A stretch of DNA of 64,000 nt from Novakomyces olei (GCA_016906335.1 JADEYG010000009.1:682001-746000), one strand, 5' to 3'; shown: positions 11,664 to 25,262, counted from the first letter of the stretch. The notes: generated by a model not told the origin, from the sequence alone. A program made the numbers and translations.

Positions 11664-14114
11664 TTATGCAGAATTATCTCGAGGCCGATGGAATGAAGAC
11701 CCCCAGACATCGTTGCCTGCTTGAGGAGAAACAAGTACGTTAGCACTACTAGCGGCCGGTCCAACTGCTGGTTCAGAGTACCCAAATCCCTCACCTGTTG
11801 AAGGCGCAAAAGGCTGAGAAGGATGGGGTTGGGGTTGAGGTTGAGGTTGGTGTAAGAATCCCGGTCCGATTCCACCAAAAGTCGGGCTAAAAAGCCCGGG
11901 CGAAGCTGTCCTATCCCCGCCCGGAGCGAGCGGAGATAATTGGTAAGGCGGCTGATGTATATTATTGAAATTTGGCGGCTGAAAGTTCGAAGGCTGATGC
12001 GCTGAAGTCGGCTGTTTAATAAAAGAATGATGACTTAATCCCGGTGGGGGCGCACTGTGAGCTCCCACCGGGGAAAAGGGCGAAGTGGGGGACATTGCCT
12101 GAGCCGTGCTCGTTGAGGCCGATGAGATCTTGGATCCGAATCCATGCATTGGCAGGTTTGTCTGAATACTTAGCCGGGCGTTAACTCCGCCAACTCCGGA
12201 GTTTAGTCCGGTGTGAACTCCGTTACTTGGTCCAGAATTCATGTTATTTCCGTTTGCGGGATTGGGCGCTGTGCCAGTAAGGGTCCCATGGTTAACGCCG
12301 ACGGAGTTATGACTATTGCCGGTATTACTGCCACTGTTATTGCTGCTGCTAGCGTTATTATTGCTCCTAACGCCAAGCGGATTCTTTGAAAAGCTGAGAC
12401 GAATACCGCCCTTTATAGAATTGCTCAGCATGTATCCTTGCAGGTTATGAATAGCATTTGTAGCGTAGCCGATATCCTCAAACTCCACAAAGCACATTGG
12501 CCCATTAGACTTTGTCCGAAAGCACAGTCGGCGATAACCAGGCTGACGGGAAAAAATGGCTTTCAGTTCGTCTTCCGCTGTTGAGAGAGGCAAATTGCCA
12601 ACATATACAGTATTACAAGGCGGATTTTGATCAGCCGGGTTCGAGTTAACCGTGGCTATTCTTTGGCCTGCCAAACCAGAAACACCTCCGTTCCCGGCCC
12701 GAGAATTAGTATTCCCGTTAGAAAAATTAGGCTGGCCAGTGGGGGTCATCGCCCGTGTTACTGATGGAGCAGCAGTAGTGCCAGTGCCTGCCAGGCCCGA
12801 CTGATTATTACCCGCGTTGGTTTTGTTTAACGCCGATGGACTAGGTTTCTCTGGGCCGAGTAAAGCCGTCGGCGATAACGCGCCAGTCGGCGATAACGCT
12901 CCGCCTGGTACTGAGTTTGCAGTGGCAGCATGGACATTGAGAGTGTGGAAGCTGCGCCGACTCATCTCCGACGGCGATGAGGCCGAGGGAGCTCCACGCG
13001 GTTTCCATCCACCGTAATTTTCATCCTGTGCAAATCCAAAGGGAGTTGGGGCCCAGGCAAAGGCATTAGAGGCCGTATTTGGAGGGGACACGCCGCTGGT
13101 ACTAGCGCCCGTGTTAGCGCCGGCATTAGCGCCGGCGTTAGTGCCGGAGTTAGTGCCGGAGTTAAGAGAGCCTGCTCCAGAGCCTGCTCCAGCACTGCCC
13201 CTGAAAACGGCCGGAGCAAAAGTAGAAAAGTTGCTCATGTACCGACTGCTCTCGCGCGGAGCACTGTAAGCGGCTGCTGAAGCACTTGAACGAGCGCTTG
13301 AAGAAAGTAAGGAAACAGGGCGCTGTGGGGAAGTAGAAGCTCTCGGAGATGAAGAATTAGAGGGGCAATTTTCGGAGATAACGATATGTACATCTGCCTC
13401 GAAAGGCCGAGCCTGTTCAAGGTGCGACTTTGCGCGCTGCGCAAAGTCTTGGGTCCGAAAGGCCACGTAACCAGCACTGCTGGAACTGCTTCGCCGAGTT
13501 ATCGCCGAGCGCTCAAACCCGTGAGCAAAAGTAAAGAGTGCATTAAACTCGCGATCTGATAAATCTGGAGGCAGACCGCTGCTAATATGCAAATAATAAG
13601 AATGATCTCCGTCCAGGTTCGTTTCTCTAAATGAATTGGAAAACAGCCTTGCCGTCCTCAACGTAGGGTCTGTCAGCGAGGGCAGAAACACTTCCTCTTC
13701 GCCTTCTTGATCCCTCTGCAATTCTTCTCCGTCTCGGTCAAGTTCGGCTTGCGGCTCAAAGCCCGTAGCGTCGTGCTGTCGGTCCTCGTTATTATCAAAA
13801 TTTGAGATCCCTGTATTGTTTTGGTTTAACGCCGAGAGCAGCGAGTTTGTACTGAACGAATGTAGAGAGTTCGGACTTTGCATTTTCGGCGATAAGGTTC
13901 CCGATGCAGTCGTCGGCTCCGGTTTCATGGACAATGGCGAATTGCCGCGGCGCCGACCGTTGCTGCGCAGTGAATCGGCAGCGGCAGCAGCGGCAGCAGC
14001 AGCGGCAGCAGCAGTGGCGGCAGCAGCCATTGCTATGGCTGCGGAAGGCGGCGATGGCGCGAAGGCAGAAAAGTCGTCTGGCGAAACGGCCGCCGCTTTA
14101 GCCGCAAGGGACAT
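11664..14114 (-). CDS. WHI3: RRM RNA-binding protein, Whi3/Scw1 family, with long low-complexity regions
   Basis: 816-aa ORF containing [18 protein letters not shown]...[22 protein letters not shown]...[16 protein letters not shown], plus a degenerate N-terminal RRM ([10 protein letters not shown]). Confidence 0.9.
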   Translation of the reverse strand: MSLAAKAAAVSPDDFSAFAPSPPSAAIAMAAAATAAAAAAAAAAAADSLRSNGRRRGNSPLSMKPEPTTASGTLSPKMQSPNSLHSFSTNSLLSALNQNNTGISNFDNNEDRQHDATGFEPQAELDRDGEELQRDQEGEEEVFLPSLTDPTLRTARLFSNSFRETNLDGDHSYYLHISSGLPPDLSDREFNALFTFAHGFERSAITRRSSSSSAGYVAFRTQDFAQRAKSHLEQARPFEADVHIVISENCPSNSSSPRASTSPQRPVSLLSSSARSSASAAAYSAPRESSRYMSNFSTFAPAVFRGSAGAGSGAGSLNSGTNSGTNAGANAGANTGASTSGVSPPNTASNAFAWAPTPFGFAQDENYGGWKPRGAPSASSPSEMSRRSFHTLNVHAATANSVPGGALSPTGALSPTALLGPEKPSPSALNKTNAGNNQSGLAGTGTTAAPSVTRAMTPTGQPNFSNGNTNSRAGNGGVSGLAGQRIATVNSNPADQNPPCNTVYVGNLPLSTAEDELKAIFSRQPGYRRLCFRTKSNGPMCFVEFEDIGYATNAIHNLQGYMLSNSIKGGIRLSFSKNPLGVRSNNNASSSNNSGSNTGNSHNSVGVNHGTLTGTAPNPANGNNMNSGPSNGVHTGLNSGVGGVNARLSIQTNLPMHGFGSKISSASTSTAQAMSPTSPFSPVGAHSAPPPGLSHHSFIKQPTSAHQPSNFQPPNFNNIHQPPYQLSPLAPGGDRTASPGLFSPTFGGIGPGFLHQPQPQPQPHPSQPFAPSTGEGFGYSEPAVGPAASSANVLVSPQAGNDVWGSSFHRPRDNSA

Positions 14115-15957
14115 TCAGTGTCGCACTGAATGCCTTTTAGGAACGGTGTTTATGTAAGTAAACAAGGCTATCTGTACAATTATAGCGGGTTTATTATACG
14201 GCCGACATGTCTCAATATAAGCATTATTTTATTTGGTTTGTATACCTATTTATTGTCTCGTAATATTGTAATATCTTTTTTTTTAATATCTTTGTAATAT
14301 CTTTTTGTAATATCTTTGCGACATGTAGTAATATCCTTTATATCCTATATTAAATTCATTTTAATCTATTGCTTTGTATGAACATGCAACCGGTTTTCAT
14401 CGCGGACAGGACACATTTTGCAACAAAAGCAGGAATTGTTTAGTGTTTCATCACAGTATAGGAGATTACAAGTCTTTGCGTATTGTTGTTTGCTGGCTGC
14501 TTATTAATTCACGTTCACGTTCACTGTAACTCTGTTTTTGCTGCTAATACTGCATTTGTTTATTACTGCCTTTCGACTTTGCTCCATTTACAATCATTCC
14601 ATGAGTCTTCATACAACGGCAGTACTCTGTCGGCCGCCATATTATCTCGGTAAAGTGTGCTAAACAATGCCATTGTCGCGGACGGGACTTGGTTTCGTTA
14701 TGCGCACACTGTCTGATATGAAGCAGCATTTCGCACACTTCCGGATCAGTAACGAGTTGACAGCGAAAACCCTGGCCGAAAAGAAAACCCTGACAACGCG
14801 TTGAGCCGATTAGTAATGCATATTTTAGTGCGGGCCACGCTGATATGTAAGGTACTGTGCAGGACACGGCCTGCGATTATTGTGTCTATTCTCCTATTTT
14901 GGGCCTAGTGCATTGCACTTGCAGTGGTCCTTACTAGTCGGTTTTCGCATTAACGGTTTTCGCATTAGCTCGTTTTCATAGGTTTCGGTCTTTTGCACTA
15001 GATGGTCATTCAAATTGACATTCATGTCTCTTTTTTGCGCGTGCCAAAGTAGCATCTTGTACACTACAGCGTTTGTTCATATGCTATTTGCCAAATCCAA
15101 GAGACGATTACCATTACAGTACCATCGCCCCTGTTCCAACAATTCCAACACTACCAAACACCATATGAAGAAGTAAGATAAACCTGAAAGCAAATTTGAT
15201 TTGCGCAAACCTATCACTGTTTGCCACTATAGATCATGGGTAAATCGCTATTTAGCTGCAATCACGAGTCCTGCAGCCTATAATACGTCCCATCGAGATG
15301 GATGTGTTTAGTATTATAATGGCAACCATTAAATGGTATTATTCTAAAACCAATAAAACCAATAAAAATAACGAAAAAAATAAAAAAGAAGAAAATAAAA
15401 CCTAATTACTGATATTCACATATCTCCTGCTGTATATGCCGACGTTATTCCGTATTAAACGTGTATATAAAAATGAAAATAAACAAAATACAATTAGAAT
15501 GCGTACAAATTAACGTGACAAACCAAAGTAAAGGCAATTCTGCTCAAGGACAAACAATATGGCGCCAGGGCTTTGGCTGAACGGCCTTTTTGGCAAAGCA
15601 CAGTATCTGTATAGAAAGCATTAACCTTAATAACCGCATTGAATCTTCACTGCGACTCTAATGGCGCACTTAGAATAATGTTTGTAGTAAGTACCTCGAG
15701 TAGCTACCAGTCAACATTGAATCATGTAAGAAAATATCAAGCCATACACAATACTCGAACCAAAGTGCCTTTGTACAGTATGAATATCACGGCACCAGCG
15801 CCGGCCAGAATGGATTATTGTTAGCCCGATTTTACCCGCAGCCAGCAACTCGCCTCGTACCCGTTTTCACGAATTTCTACGAGAGCTTTTATTTTCAATC
15901 TGCCCCGCCTTTTCAAGACCAGTGCCCAGCCCGGAAGCGGATAATTCCGTCCAAACT

Positions 15958-18375
15958 ATGCCGACCAGTGTATGGGTGCGGCGGCCGCAGCAATGCCCGA
16001 CACTGGTCAAATTGGCTGACGATGATTTAGTGGGTAAGCTTGTACTCTTGCAGTGGCGACAAGACACGCCCATTTCAATGCTCAACCATGAAAGAATGAA
16101 AAAGAAACGAGAATAAAACGAGAATAAAGAGAATGAAATAATTGCATAATATCAATTGCTCCTGCTTTTTTTGCGGCTTTTACGGCTGTCTCTAACGGCA
16201 ACACCGACCTTCAATCTTGGCTCAGACTCACTAATTTCAGATCATTTAAAGGATCTTTTGATCATAAAGTACGCAAATGCGCTTGGACGAGTCTACGATG
16301 CGCCTGATATTGTGATCAAAGTACGTCCTCGCAATTCCGGCAAGGACGAATTAGAGCGCACTCTTCTCCCGAACGAACTCGTGTCCGATCTCCTGGTCGC
16401 CCTATTCCCCGGAGGCCAGTCTATCGACGACAGTTTTGTCATTTATACCCCAGGTAAATTTTCTTTTAATTTTAAATACGTGGGTCACGTCTGCCGCCTT
16501 TGACCGTCGAGCTTGATTTTGCGATGGAATAGTACGAGTTCAATTCACTGGGACTATGAGTACCATACCTTTATTCTACTATACCTTTATTCCTGCCGCT
16601 CTTGATCATCTTTTACGTTTTGTTTGCCAATTACTGCCTCTATGCGTCTTGAGCTGCTTTAACTGTTTTACTTTCTCTATTATGTACAGTATCGCCAACC
16701 CGTTCCGCTCTCGTCTCTATATTGTGTATACACATGGCCATATCGGCTCTGTCCCTCTTCTCTGTCCCTCTTCACTGTCCACTGACCGATCATAGCAAAA
16801 CTAGCACCGTCGCACCTCCGCAGTGCCTTCTCTCCCAGTGCAGCGAGACTGAGCCCGCACGCGTCAGCGTCCACAGAAGCTTCAGGGTACCGTGGCACAC
16901 CAATGGCACCGAACAACGACTACTTTCTCTATGCGCCTCACAGCCCAGCAAACCATCAGCTCGCTTACGTTGACTACAACGATCCAGTCACCCACAATCA
17001 TCACTACTACCATTCTGCTCGCAGCAATTATGCCCTCGAACACGGGATGAGTCCGTCTTCCGCAGCAGCTGCTGCTGCTAATTTCCACATGTCTCTCCCG
17101 GCAAATGCCCTGCACCACCAGCCTACTAACCCTAACCCTAACCCTAACACTTCTAACGTCTGGCCAGTTGCATCGGCCTACAGTGCCACGGGAAACGGTC
17201 CTAAACGGCTCGATTCACGAACATCGAGCAGCGGGACAGGGCAGAGGCAGAGTGCTAATAGTTTCACTGCGGGAGGCAATCCTGCGCCCGGACTTAAACA
17301 CTCTCCAGCTCCGTCTACTGCCACAGGATCAGCAGTCGATTTGGCTTCAACTTCCTCTTCTCCAGCAGCAGCAGCTGCTGCTGCTGCAACTAGTCCAGCG
17401 CCCTCTGAGGCCACTCACGCTCTTAACCCTCTAATAGCCAATCAGCTGCCGATTGTAGAGACCGGCTCCGGCACTGACCACGAGCAGTCAGCGGCAGACG
17501 CTGAACGGCCACGAGACGGGATCCATCCTCAGTCTCTCCACCTGCACCATTCGCACTCGCACTCGCACCTCTCGCCGCACCATACAAGGCACCATACACT
17601 GCACCACGTTGCCGACCAGAGCCAGGGAATGGCACCGGCAACAGGCTCACCGCTTGCTCAGCCTGCCGGCCAGGCAGCGGGGCCAATAGACGCAGAAAGA
17701 GTTGTTCATGAAAGCGGACAGGCGCCTGGTAATGAGCAGCAGCCGTCGCAGAGAGAAAAGCACTATAATGCGCCTTTAGACGAGATGAACACGTCGCCTG
17801 AGCCTGGCGGAGGTGCCCACCAGCCACACGTGCACCAGCAACAGCTGGGCAATTTGCTGGGCAATCTGCTGGAAGGCGTTGTGCCGCCCATAAACGTCCT
17901 TGTTGTGGAGGACAATATAGTCAACCAGCGGATCTTGGAGGCATTTATGCGGAAACGCAAGATCCGGTGCAGTATGGCCAAGAATGGGAGAGAGGCAGTT
18001 GACAAGTGGAAGCAGGGCACTTTTCACCTCGTTCTGATGGACATTCAGCTGCCTGTAATGTCGGGCATCGAAGCCGCCAAGGAGATTCGGCACTTGGAGC
18101 GGTTGAACCATATCGGCGTCTTTGCCGATGCCTCTTTCCGACCCAAGCCGGAAGAGCAATTGCCCGAGTCTGCGCTTAAAAGCCCGGTTATTATTGTAGC
18201 ACTCACGGCCAGCAGTTTACAGAGCGATCGTAACGAGGCTCTGGCTGCTGGATGCAATGATTTTCTTACTAAACCCGTCAGCCTCGTTTGGCTGGAACGG
18301 AAGGTTTGCGAGTGGGGATTCATGCAGTCTCTCATCGACTTTGAGGGTTGGGCCAAGTTTCGTCGTGGTGGCTGA
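15958..18375 (+). CDS. SSK1: Two-component response regulator Ssk1/Mcs4. Exons 15958-16033, 16241-16453, 16796-18375.
   Basis: N-terminal Mcs4-like domain (VWVRRP...DDLV|DHLKDLLIIKY...YDAPDI...FPGGQ) splices in frame to ORF 16903-18375, which has the receiver domain PPINVLVVEDN...FHLVLMDIQLPVMSG...AAGCNDFLTKPV. Confidence 0.92.
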
Positions 18376-19621
18376 TCTCGTCAAAGGCTTTGTCTTGATT
18401 GTATTAATCAGTCACTATTAATCGTATTAATCAATCACTATTAATCGTATTAATCGATATTGGTCAATTGCATCTCTCCTCGACTGCCTGGGCATATGCT
18501 AAATTTGTGTTTCAACGGTTTATTTACTTTGCTCTGTTTTATTAATCTCGAAATTTTTATATTTATCTGTTTTGAATTTGCCGCTCACGTGGCAGCCTAC
18601 CGCAATTGTTCAGCCGGATCTTGTAAATATGACTTGAATTCGAGGACATTGTTGTCGGACAGCTGCTTTATTCTCCCATAATGACAATCATATGAACATT
18701 TACATATACACTTGCCCTTTATTTTTCTCTCGAATGAGTCTCTCGAATGAGTACGAGTGCTGCCATTTCTAACCCTAGCGGCTCTGTTCTGGCGGACGGT
18801 TTGCCCAGCAGATAAACCGATATTCGAGTTTATAGTGTCATAATATTGGAATATGTTGAAGGTGCAGTATTAATAATTTGCAATCGTGTTCTCGATTTGC
18901 TTACTAGAATTTCAATACGAGCAAGCAGTCTGTAAGGGCGGACGGTTATTAGCCCAAACGTTTCTTCTACACCCTCACAAGCTGATACGCCGCTTTGGCT
19001 TATACGACCGTTTTTTCACACTGCAACAAAATTTGGACTATTTATTATTTCTTATTTCTTATTTCTTATTTATTATTTATTATTTATTATTTACTATTTA
19101 CTATTTACTATTTATTTTATTAATATTTTTTCCAGAATCTTCCCAAATCATCGTCATCTTTATGAGCTTGGGTTCACGGCTAACAGTCTACCGACAAGTC
19201 CATAACAATTAATACTGGACTAGAAGCGATAATCAATCATTTCATTACATTATACATTCAGCCAATGCTGATTCTTATACCATTTAGTCTGCCAACATGA
19301 AACGAGCGGTACTCCTCCAATTCTCCACAGTCTCCCTTTTTTTTTCCTCCTCCATTCATCTCTTATTTAACTCATCGGCTGACAAAACGTAAACACTATC
19401 GATCAAAGTAAAATAGACGAGGAGACACAAAAGAACAAAAATAGGCCGCACTTTTAAACACACGAGCCCCATAATTTCTTGTCTAGTACGAAATGTATCC
19501 ATAAAGACTATCCGTCAAACCAAACGGATCTGCGCCCATATAAAAGCTCAAGAACCCAATGTGACACTATAACCATCTGGAGCAACCCAATTCCAGCCAT
19601 TAACAAACACAAAGCCCTATC

Positions 19622-22147
19622 CTATCGTTCATAGAAATCGCGGCCAAACCGTTTCAAAACTTCCTCCGGCACATGCTTGTGCCGAGCTTTAACAGTCAAC
19701 CGACGAGCCAGTAGTGTGCTGCTGTTGGCCACGTCGATAGTCGGCTGCCTCTTTGTACCATTGACTCCATTGCCGCTCCCGCTGCCACCAATATCGCCAA
19801 TAGGCTCATGCAAATCCGGGACACAGCACTCGACGTTCTTGAACCAGCTGTCCTGCAGAGCCTGTTCTGCGGTCAGTCGGGCTTCCGGCTCAAGCGCAAG
19901 AAAGCCATAGAGCAGCCTCTGCTGGCCAGTATGAGTAATGTACGCTGAAATCAGTCGGCAAGAAGGTAATCGCTCTTCCGGAGGCAACTGTAGCCGACTG
20001 CCCCCAGACTGTCCCTGGTGAGAAGCGTGCACTGACGTCATGTTAAAGGACCCATTTTCTTTAGGCGTCGACGCGAGAGAGCTGAACCCGCTCTCGCTGC
20101 CCTCAGTTTCGGCTCCAGAATTGTCGGGGCAGGAATCTTTTGCCGGCGAAGACGGATCTTGCCCGCCTTCTGATCCGCTGGCAGCAAGAGTAGCAGAAGC
20201 TGAAGCAGTAGCTGAAGCAGTAGCTGAAGCAGCTGCTGAATTCTGTTCCATCCGTTTCTTTTTGTATTTAAGTACAGAGGTTTTAAAGTACTCAAAGTAC
20301 TTGTCTGAAGATTTAGCAATGTGCCAGGGAGACCCGCCCGCTTGAATAGTGAAAAGCAAGATGCCTAGTGCCCAGTGATCAACAGCAAAGCCATCGTACT
20401 CCTGGCGAGCGCTGTCCAGGCTCACAACCTCTGGAGACATGTACGGCTCAGAGCCACAGCGTCCCCTGCACATCCTGTAAAAATGCCTCTTTGAATTCTG
20501 GCCAATATCGTCTTCCCCAGTTTTGCCATTCTCGTCAAAGTAGCCACTGGTCGGCTGCCTCATTATCCCCGTCGGCCTCGTGTGCGTATGATCGTCACAG
20601 GAAAGAGACGTGGGCACTGCTTCATCATACGGCTCATGCACAATATCGCTTGTTCCAAAATCCGTCAGTTTTACTACGCCGCTCAGTGTAACCAGAATAT
20701 TTTCCGGCTTTATATCACGGTGAGCTACGCCCTGGCGGTGAAGGTAATTAACGGCCCGAACGACCTGTTTAAAAGTGCAGTTCTTTTCCGTCTGCCCCAA
20801 CGAGTGGCGGCTCGTCAGGATGGAGAAGAGGTCCCCACCGGCACAGTACTCGAGCACTTCACACCACAAGTCAGCCGACAGTTTATGGTGGTCCAAGCAG
20901 AGCTCCAAGGCAGCAACAATGTTGGGATGATGCAATCGAGACTGGATCGACCATTCTGCGGCCACTTTATCCAAATACTCAGCCTCCGGTTCCTCCTTGG
21001 CACGTTTCCTAAACACTTTAACGGCAAAGAGAGGATCCTTGCCAGAAGAGGCGACAGAAGGCGAACCGGCACTCCAGTTTTGTGGGCCAACAACGCCAGA
21101 ACGGAGCCCCATAACGCGTACAGAAGCAGTAGCGCCAGTGCCTACTTTAGTATTTGTAAACCTGCGGGACTGGGACGTCATTGTGTAGCGATCACGTAGG
21201 CGGTTTACTTTACGCTCCCTGATCATTTGACGGATATACGGCGGAGCAATTCGGCTCTTTTCAAGGTCGCGCACGTGGATGCTTTTGAGCCCAGCTCCGA
21301 CTTCAATGTACGGAGCATGCTCACTGTCTATCGACGACGTCTCTGATTGGACAGTGCCCAATTCAGCACCGTCTTCCGTCTCTGTAGCAGTATCGTCTTC
21401 GCCACCATTTGCTCCTGAAGCCTGTGACGAAAAGGAGAGATTACGCAGTCCTGACGCCAGTCGTGTAGGACCGCCACTGCTGCCACTGCCTCCACTTTGG
21501 TGGTGGCCAGCGTGGCCGCCAGAGGCAGACTGTTTGCCCTGCATTGGCGAATAAGGGTGCGTGTCAAACGTAGACCCGTGCCTCGGCTTGGTTTCACCCG
21601 AGCTTCCTCCACGTCCTCCTCCTCCAGCTCCTCCAGCTCCGGCTCCGGCTCCGGCCTTGGAGCTCATATAAAGTGCAGCATCAGCAGACGGGCTCCGAGC
21701 TCGGCTGCGGGACACGTCTTCCTCGCTCGTTTGAGCAGTACTGCTTCTGCTTCTGAGCCTCGAAGCAGCGGCACTTCCAAGGCCGTTAGCGCCCCCACTC
21801 GATCGGTCGCGGAAGAGTTTATTGAAGAAATTACTGACAGAGTGCTGCTGAGACGGACCACGTAAGGAGGCATTGCTTCTCACGCTCAGGTTACTGTCCC
21901 GTCTCTGTGGTGGCACAGAGTCCTGCGACTCGCTGCCGCCAAAGTAAGATTGGCTGTGGACATTGTCCTCCAAATCCACTGGCGCCTGTACAGGCGACTC
22001 GACAGCTTCGCCCTGGTGGAACAGGTCTGTCCCGGCAGCTTCTGTGCCGACAGCGTTTGAGCCTGGCGGCCGCCTTTGAGCGGCTGCGACTGCGTCTTTG
22101 CTGGCAGCGTCCGCGTTCACTGCGTCCACGTCCACAGACAGAGCCAT
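19622..22147 (-). CDS. Ser/Thr protein kinase, fungal Npr/Hal family (Ptk/Hrk-like)
   Basis: GTGATASV loop, FAVKVFRK, LHHPNIV, LEYCAGGDLF, HRDIKPEN, DFG, CGSEPYMSPE; long Ser/Gly-rich N-terminus. Confidence 0.9.
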   Translation of the reverse strand: MALSVDVDAVNADAASKDAVAAAQRRPPGSNAVGTEAAGTDLFHQGEAVESPVQAPVDLEDNVHSQSYFGGSESQDSVPPQRRDSNLSVRSNASLRGPSQQHSVSNFFNKLFRDRSSGGANGLGSAAASRLRSRSSTAQTSEEDVSRSRARSPSADAALYMSSKAGAGAGAGGAGGGGRGGSSGETKPRHGSTFDTHPYSPMQGKQSASGGHAGHHQSGGSGSSGGPTRLASGLRNLSFSSQASGANGGEDDTATETEDGAELGTVQSETSSIDSEHAPYIEVGAGLKSIHVRDLEKSRIAPPYIRQMIRERKVNRLRDRYTMTSQSRRFTNTKVGTGATASVRVMGLRSGVVGPQNWSAGSPSVASSGKDPLFAVKVFRKRAKEEPEAEYLDKVAAEWSIQSRLHHPNIVAALELCLDHHKLSADLWCEVLEYCAGGDLFSILTSRHSLGQTEKNCTFKQVVRAVNYLHRQGVAHRDIKPENILVTLSGVVKLTDFGTSDIVHEPYDEAVPTSLSCDDHTHTRPTGIMRQPTSGYFDENGKTGEDDIGQNSKRHFYRMCRGRCGSEPYMSPEVVSLDSARQEYDGFAVDHWALGILLFTIQAGGSPWHIAKSSDKYFEYFKTSVLKYKKKRMEQNSAAASATASATASASATLAASGSEGGQDPSSPAKDSCPDNSGAETEGSESGFSSLASTPKENGSFNMTSVHASHQGQSGGSRLQLPPEERLPSCRLISAYITHTGQQRLLYGFLALEPEARLTAEQALQDSWFKNVECCVPDLHEPIGDIGGSGSGNGVNGTKRQPTIDVANSSTLLARRLTVKARHKHVPEEVLKRFGRDFYER

Positions 22148-22189
22148 AAATGTTTAGCTCCTGTAAAAGAGCCGACTGCCTGACGCCTT

Positions 22190-22470
22190 GACAGTTGTAT
22201 AGTTAAAAGTTGGAAAATTGTAAGTTGTTTAAGTTAAAATAAAAGTTGGAAAAGTCGAAAGTTGTTAAAGTTGTGCTGTTAAAGTTGAAAGTTGTTAAAG
22301 TTGTGTTGTTAAAGTTAAAAGTTGTAAAGTTGAAAGTTGTAAAAGTTGTGATGTTAAAGCTGCAAGTTGTAAAAGTTGTAAAAGCCGACAGTTGTAGGCA
22401 GTCGTAAAAGTGAGCCAGTCGAAAAAGCGAGCAGTTGCAAATTGAGCAGTTGCAAAAGTGAGCCAGTTGC
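22190..22470. repeat. Degenerate AAAGTTG-type tandem repeat upstream of the kinase ATG
   Basis: Many imperfect aaagttg/aagttgt units; explains pseudo-ORF 22203-22487. Confidence 0.85.
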
Positions 22471-24206
22471 TGCGTAGCGATGCTCAAGCAAATTCTCGTG
22501 GTGAGAGCATAAGGCTCGCTGAACAGAGATTGGAGCGGTAAAACGGGACGGAAAAAGTGCTATGCTCGTCGGCGACAGTCGGCGAGTGCCAAATCACGCT
22601 CGAGTCTCTTGTGCTGCAGAGTATCTGTGCTGCAGCGTTCACGGCAGTTTGCGAGTGGTCATAGATCCCGTCGGCGTCGGCGGCACAGTGTTGATCTATC
22701 ACAAGTAATGTGACTTAACCAGTAGCGTGGGTTGTGGCTGCCAGTACTCACGGTATTTTTCGCTCAAGTGATTTACATGACTTGTCTAGTCTTTTCTGAC
22801 TCGTGTACTTGTGCCGCCCTATAATAAACACACTACTATTACGCACGTATCCAAAATGGTAGACACAGGGTTCTTTTCGTATTCCTCGCATTACTTTGTA
22901 TTACTTGAACTGCTTTGTAATTTTTTATTGTTTTGTATTCCTATCGTATTGTTTTGCACTACTTTTCGTACGTTTCGTACTTTTCTTCTTTACATTCTTT
23001 TCTTCTTTCATTCTTTTCGTACTTTGTACTTTTCATACAACTTTCTCGTATTACTTTGTGCCAACGTTACCCTACATTTGAACTGTAGCATTTTCGGCGC
23101 CGCATGCTTGCTGCAAGAGCTGCAAGTGGACATTACGTGCTGGCTGCAAGTAACGAGCACGCCACCAATTACCCTCATTTGCCTTACCGATTCCTCCACG
23201 ATTACCTTACCGATTGCCCTCACTGCTATCCTCATTGACGTAACCTTCTCGGCAGTATGACCGGCGGCGTATGTAGCCGACACTTGGTTTACTGGTTTAA
23301 CGTACGATCAATCCTGCACTCTGCCGCTGTAATCTATAGTCTACATTTACATCTTCATTTGAATTACATTTACATCTTTCATTTGTATTACATTTGCATT
23401 TGTATTACATTTACAATCAAGTTGTATTTTTACATTTGGGTTCGCGCCAAAAAGTACATTGCTCCACATTGGTCAAGTGAAGTTTGCAGAGATACCAGCG
23501 AGTGCACTGTGGACGGGTTTCCGCCCGCCCAGCGTAGGGAATAGATGCTGCCATTGATAACCCGTCTCTGGTTAAAAGTCGGCCTTCAAGTGCAGCGACG
23601 CGAGTCGAATATTCTTACGTTTTTGGCGTTTCCATTTAATGCCATTGTATATTCCACGTCACTGCATCAGGAAATAGCGCTTCCTGTAGGCCGTACACGC
23701 TAGAATTCCAGCACGGTACTGAATACTGGCTGGACCACATTCACAGATTCTACTTGTTCTATGGTCGTTTGCGTCTTGTCTCATTCGCGCAATACAGAAT
23801 TAAGTGCTATTTTGCTCGTGTCGCCTGGCCCAAATGTCTATGAACAGTGTGGACAACACGCCAAACATAATGTAAATGATAATTCTACAGTATACCGTGA
23901 ATTGTTGTGTAGATAGTGGGCGGCATTCTAGTCGTATCCAATCCAGAGCAGGTATTTAAGCAGCCGATACTGCCGCACAACAGTCGGCCTGGACCTGTTC
24001 AGACTAGGCAGGCTGCACATTGGCTACTACATGCACAATTAAACTGTTCTACTAGTTGTCTGTCTATTAGCAGTCTATTAGCAGTCTGTCTATCAAACGT
24101 TCCATCTCTTGCTCATCAGTCGTAAATCATAAAGTCCCTCAGCCTTCCATGCGTTAACTGTTCATTTAAAGCAAGCGCAATTTCGAAAAACTCCCTCAAA
24201 TTTAAA

Positions 24207-24647
24207 ATGGCGATCACGCTCTGGCTACGCCTCCGTACATGGCTGAAACGCTTTCAAAGGCATCGCAAAAAACCAGGTAAAAGACGCTACCGCCATCGTC
24301 AACGCAGGAATATATTGGGCCCCTCAGTGGATATAAATCGGTACATCCGACCCATTGAACATGCACCCTCATTCGCCGCGTCTTTCCCCTCTGCACGATT
24401 CGACAACGACGAAAGGCCAGCGTCTCGGCATTTCAGGGGCAACGAGGCCTGCACCCTTGAGTGCCAGTTTCTAAAACCGCAAAGCCCGTCACAGGCCGCT
24501 GGAGGACTTGTTATAGCGACAGACGGCACAGTTGAGCCGAGGCCCCGGCAGTTCCCTACGGAACAATATCAGCGAGCCGTGCGTGCTCGGTGCCATATTC
24601 TCCAGCAGATACACGAGGCACCGCCTCTTGGATACACGGCACTTTAG
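24207..24647 (+). CDS. Possible orphan 146-aa basic protein
   Basis: ATG in AAAATGG context; GC-richer than its flanks; no recognisable domain. Confidence 0.35.
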   Translation: MAITLWLRLRTWLKRFQRHRKKPGKRRYRHRQRRNILGPSVDINRYIRPIEHAPSFAASFPSARFDNDERPASRHFRGNEACTLECQFLKPQSPSQAAGGLVIATDGTVEPRPRQFPTEQYQRAVRARCHILQQIHEAPPLGYTAL

Positions 24648-25183
24648 TCACGAAAAATATAAAAACTAAAAGGCATTTGGAGGCATTGGCATTTGCTGAT
24701 ACTGATGAAACGCTGTTTTAATTTCGTTACACATCTCTAACAGACTCGAAGTTTTGAAGTCTTAAAGTCTTAAAGTCTTTGAGCCCTAAAGTCTTAAAGT
24801 CTTTGAGTCTCCAAGTCTCTCACAGTCGCGCTTATTTCGAGTCCATTTCACTGCCATTGTGACGTGCGTATCAACGTGTCAGTATGACGACACTGTGCAT
24901 GAGCGTTTGCTCGCGGCTACCGAACTATCCTCTGCATTAAATATGCCCTTAACAGCATTAAACACGAATCAGCAGAAATTTCGAGTCATTAGCCACACGG
25001 CACATTCGACAATCACAGCCAAAATCCTTATCTCTGATTTGCCACTAATAAAAGGCTTTCATATTACTCTTCTCCAATCGTAATTAGTATATTAAAGCGT
25101 TAAGCGTAAACAAACTGTGCGTTATACACATAGTGTTATACATAGTGTTTTATGTTTGTGGGTTATAAAATTATAATTTTAAT

Positions 25184-25262
25184 GTTATCAATATTATCAA
25201 TATAATATTATCAATATAATATTATCAATATAATATTATCAATATAATATTATCAATATAAT
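25184..25262. repeat. 14-mer tandem repeat (TCAATATAATATTA), about 5 copies
   Basis: Directly visible. Confidence 0.9.

Noticed and set aside
14115-15957. Possible ncRNA or tRNA in the long divergent WHI3-SSK1 intergenic region
   Set aside because: Only a short GGTTTTCGCATTA doublet was seen, with no recognisable tRNA, snRNA or snoRNA; an Infernal/Rfam scan would be needed to exclude one.
17126-17149. (CCCTAA)3 telomere-like tract
   Set aside because: Lies in frame within SSK1 and encodes NPNPNP; too short to call an interstitial telomere.
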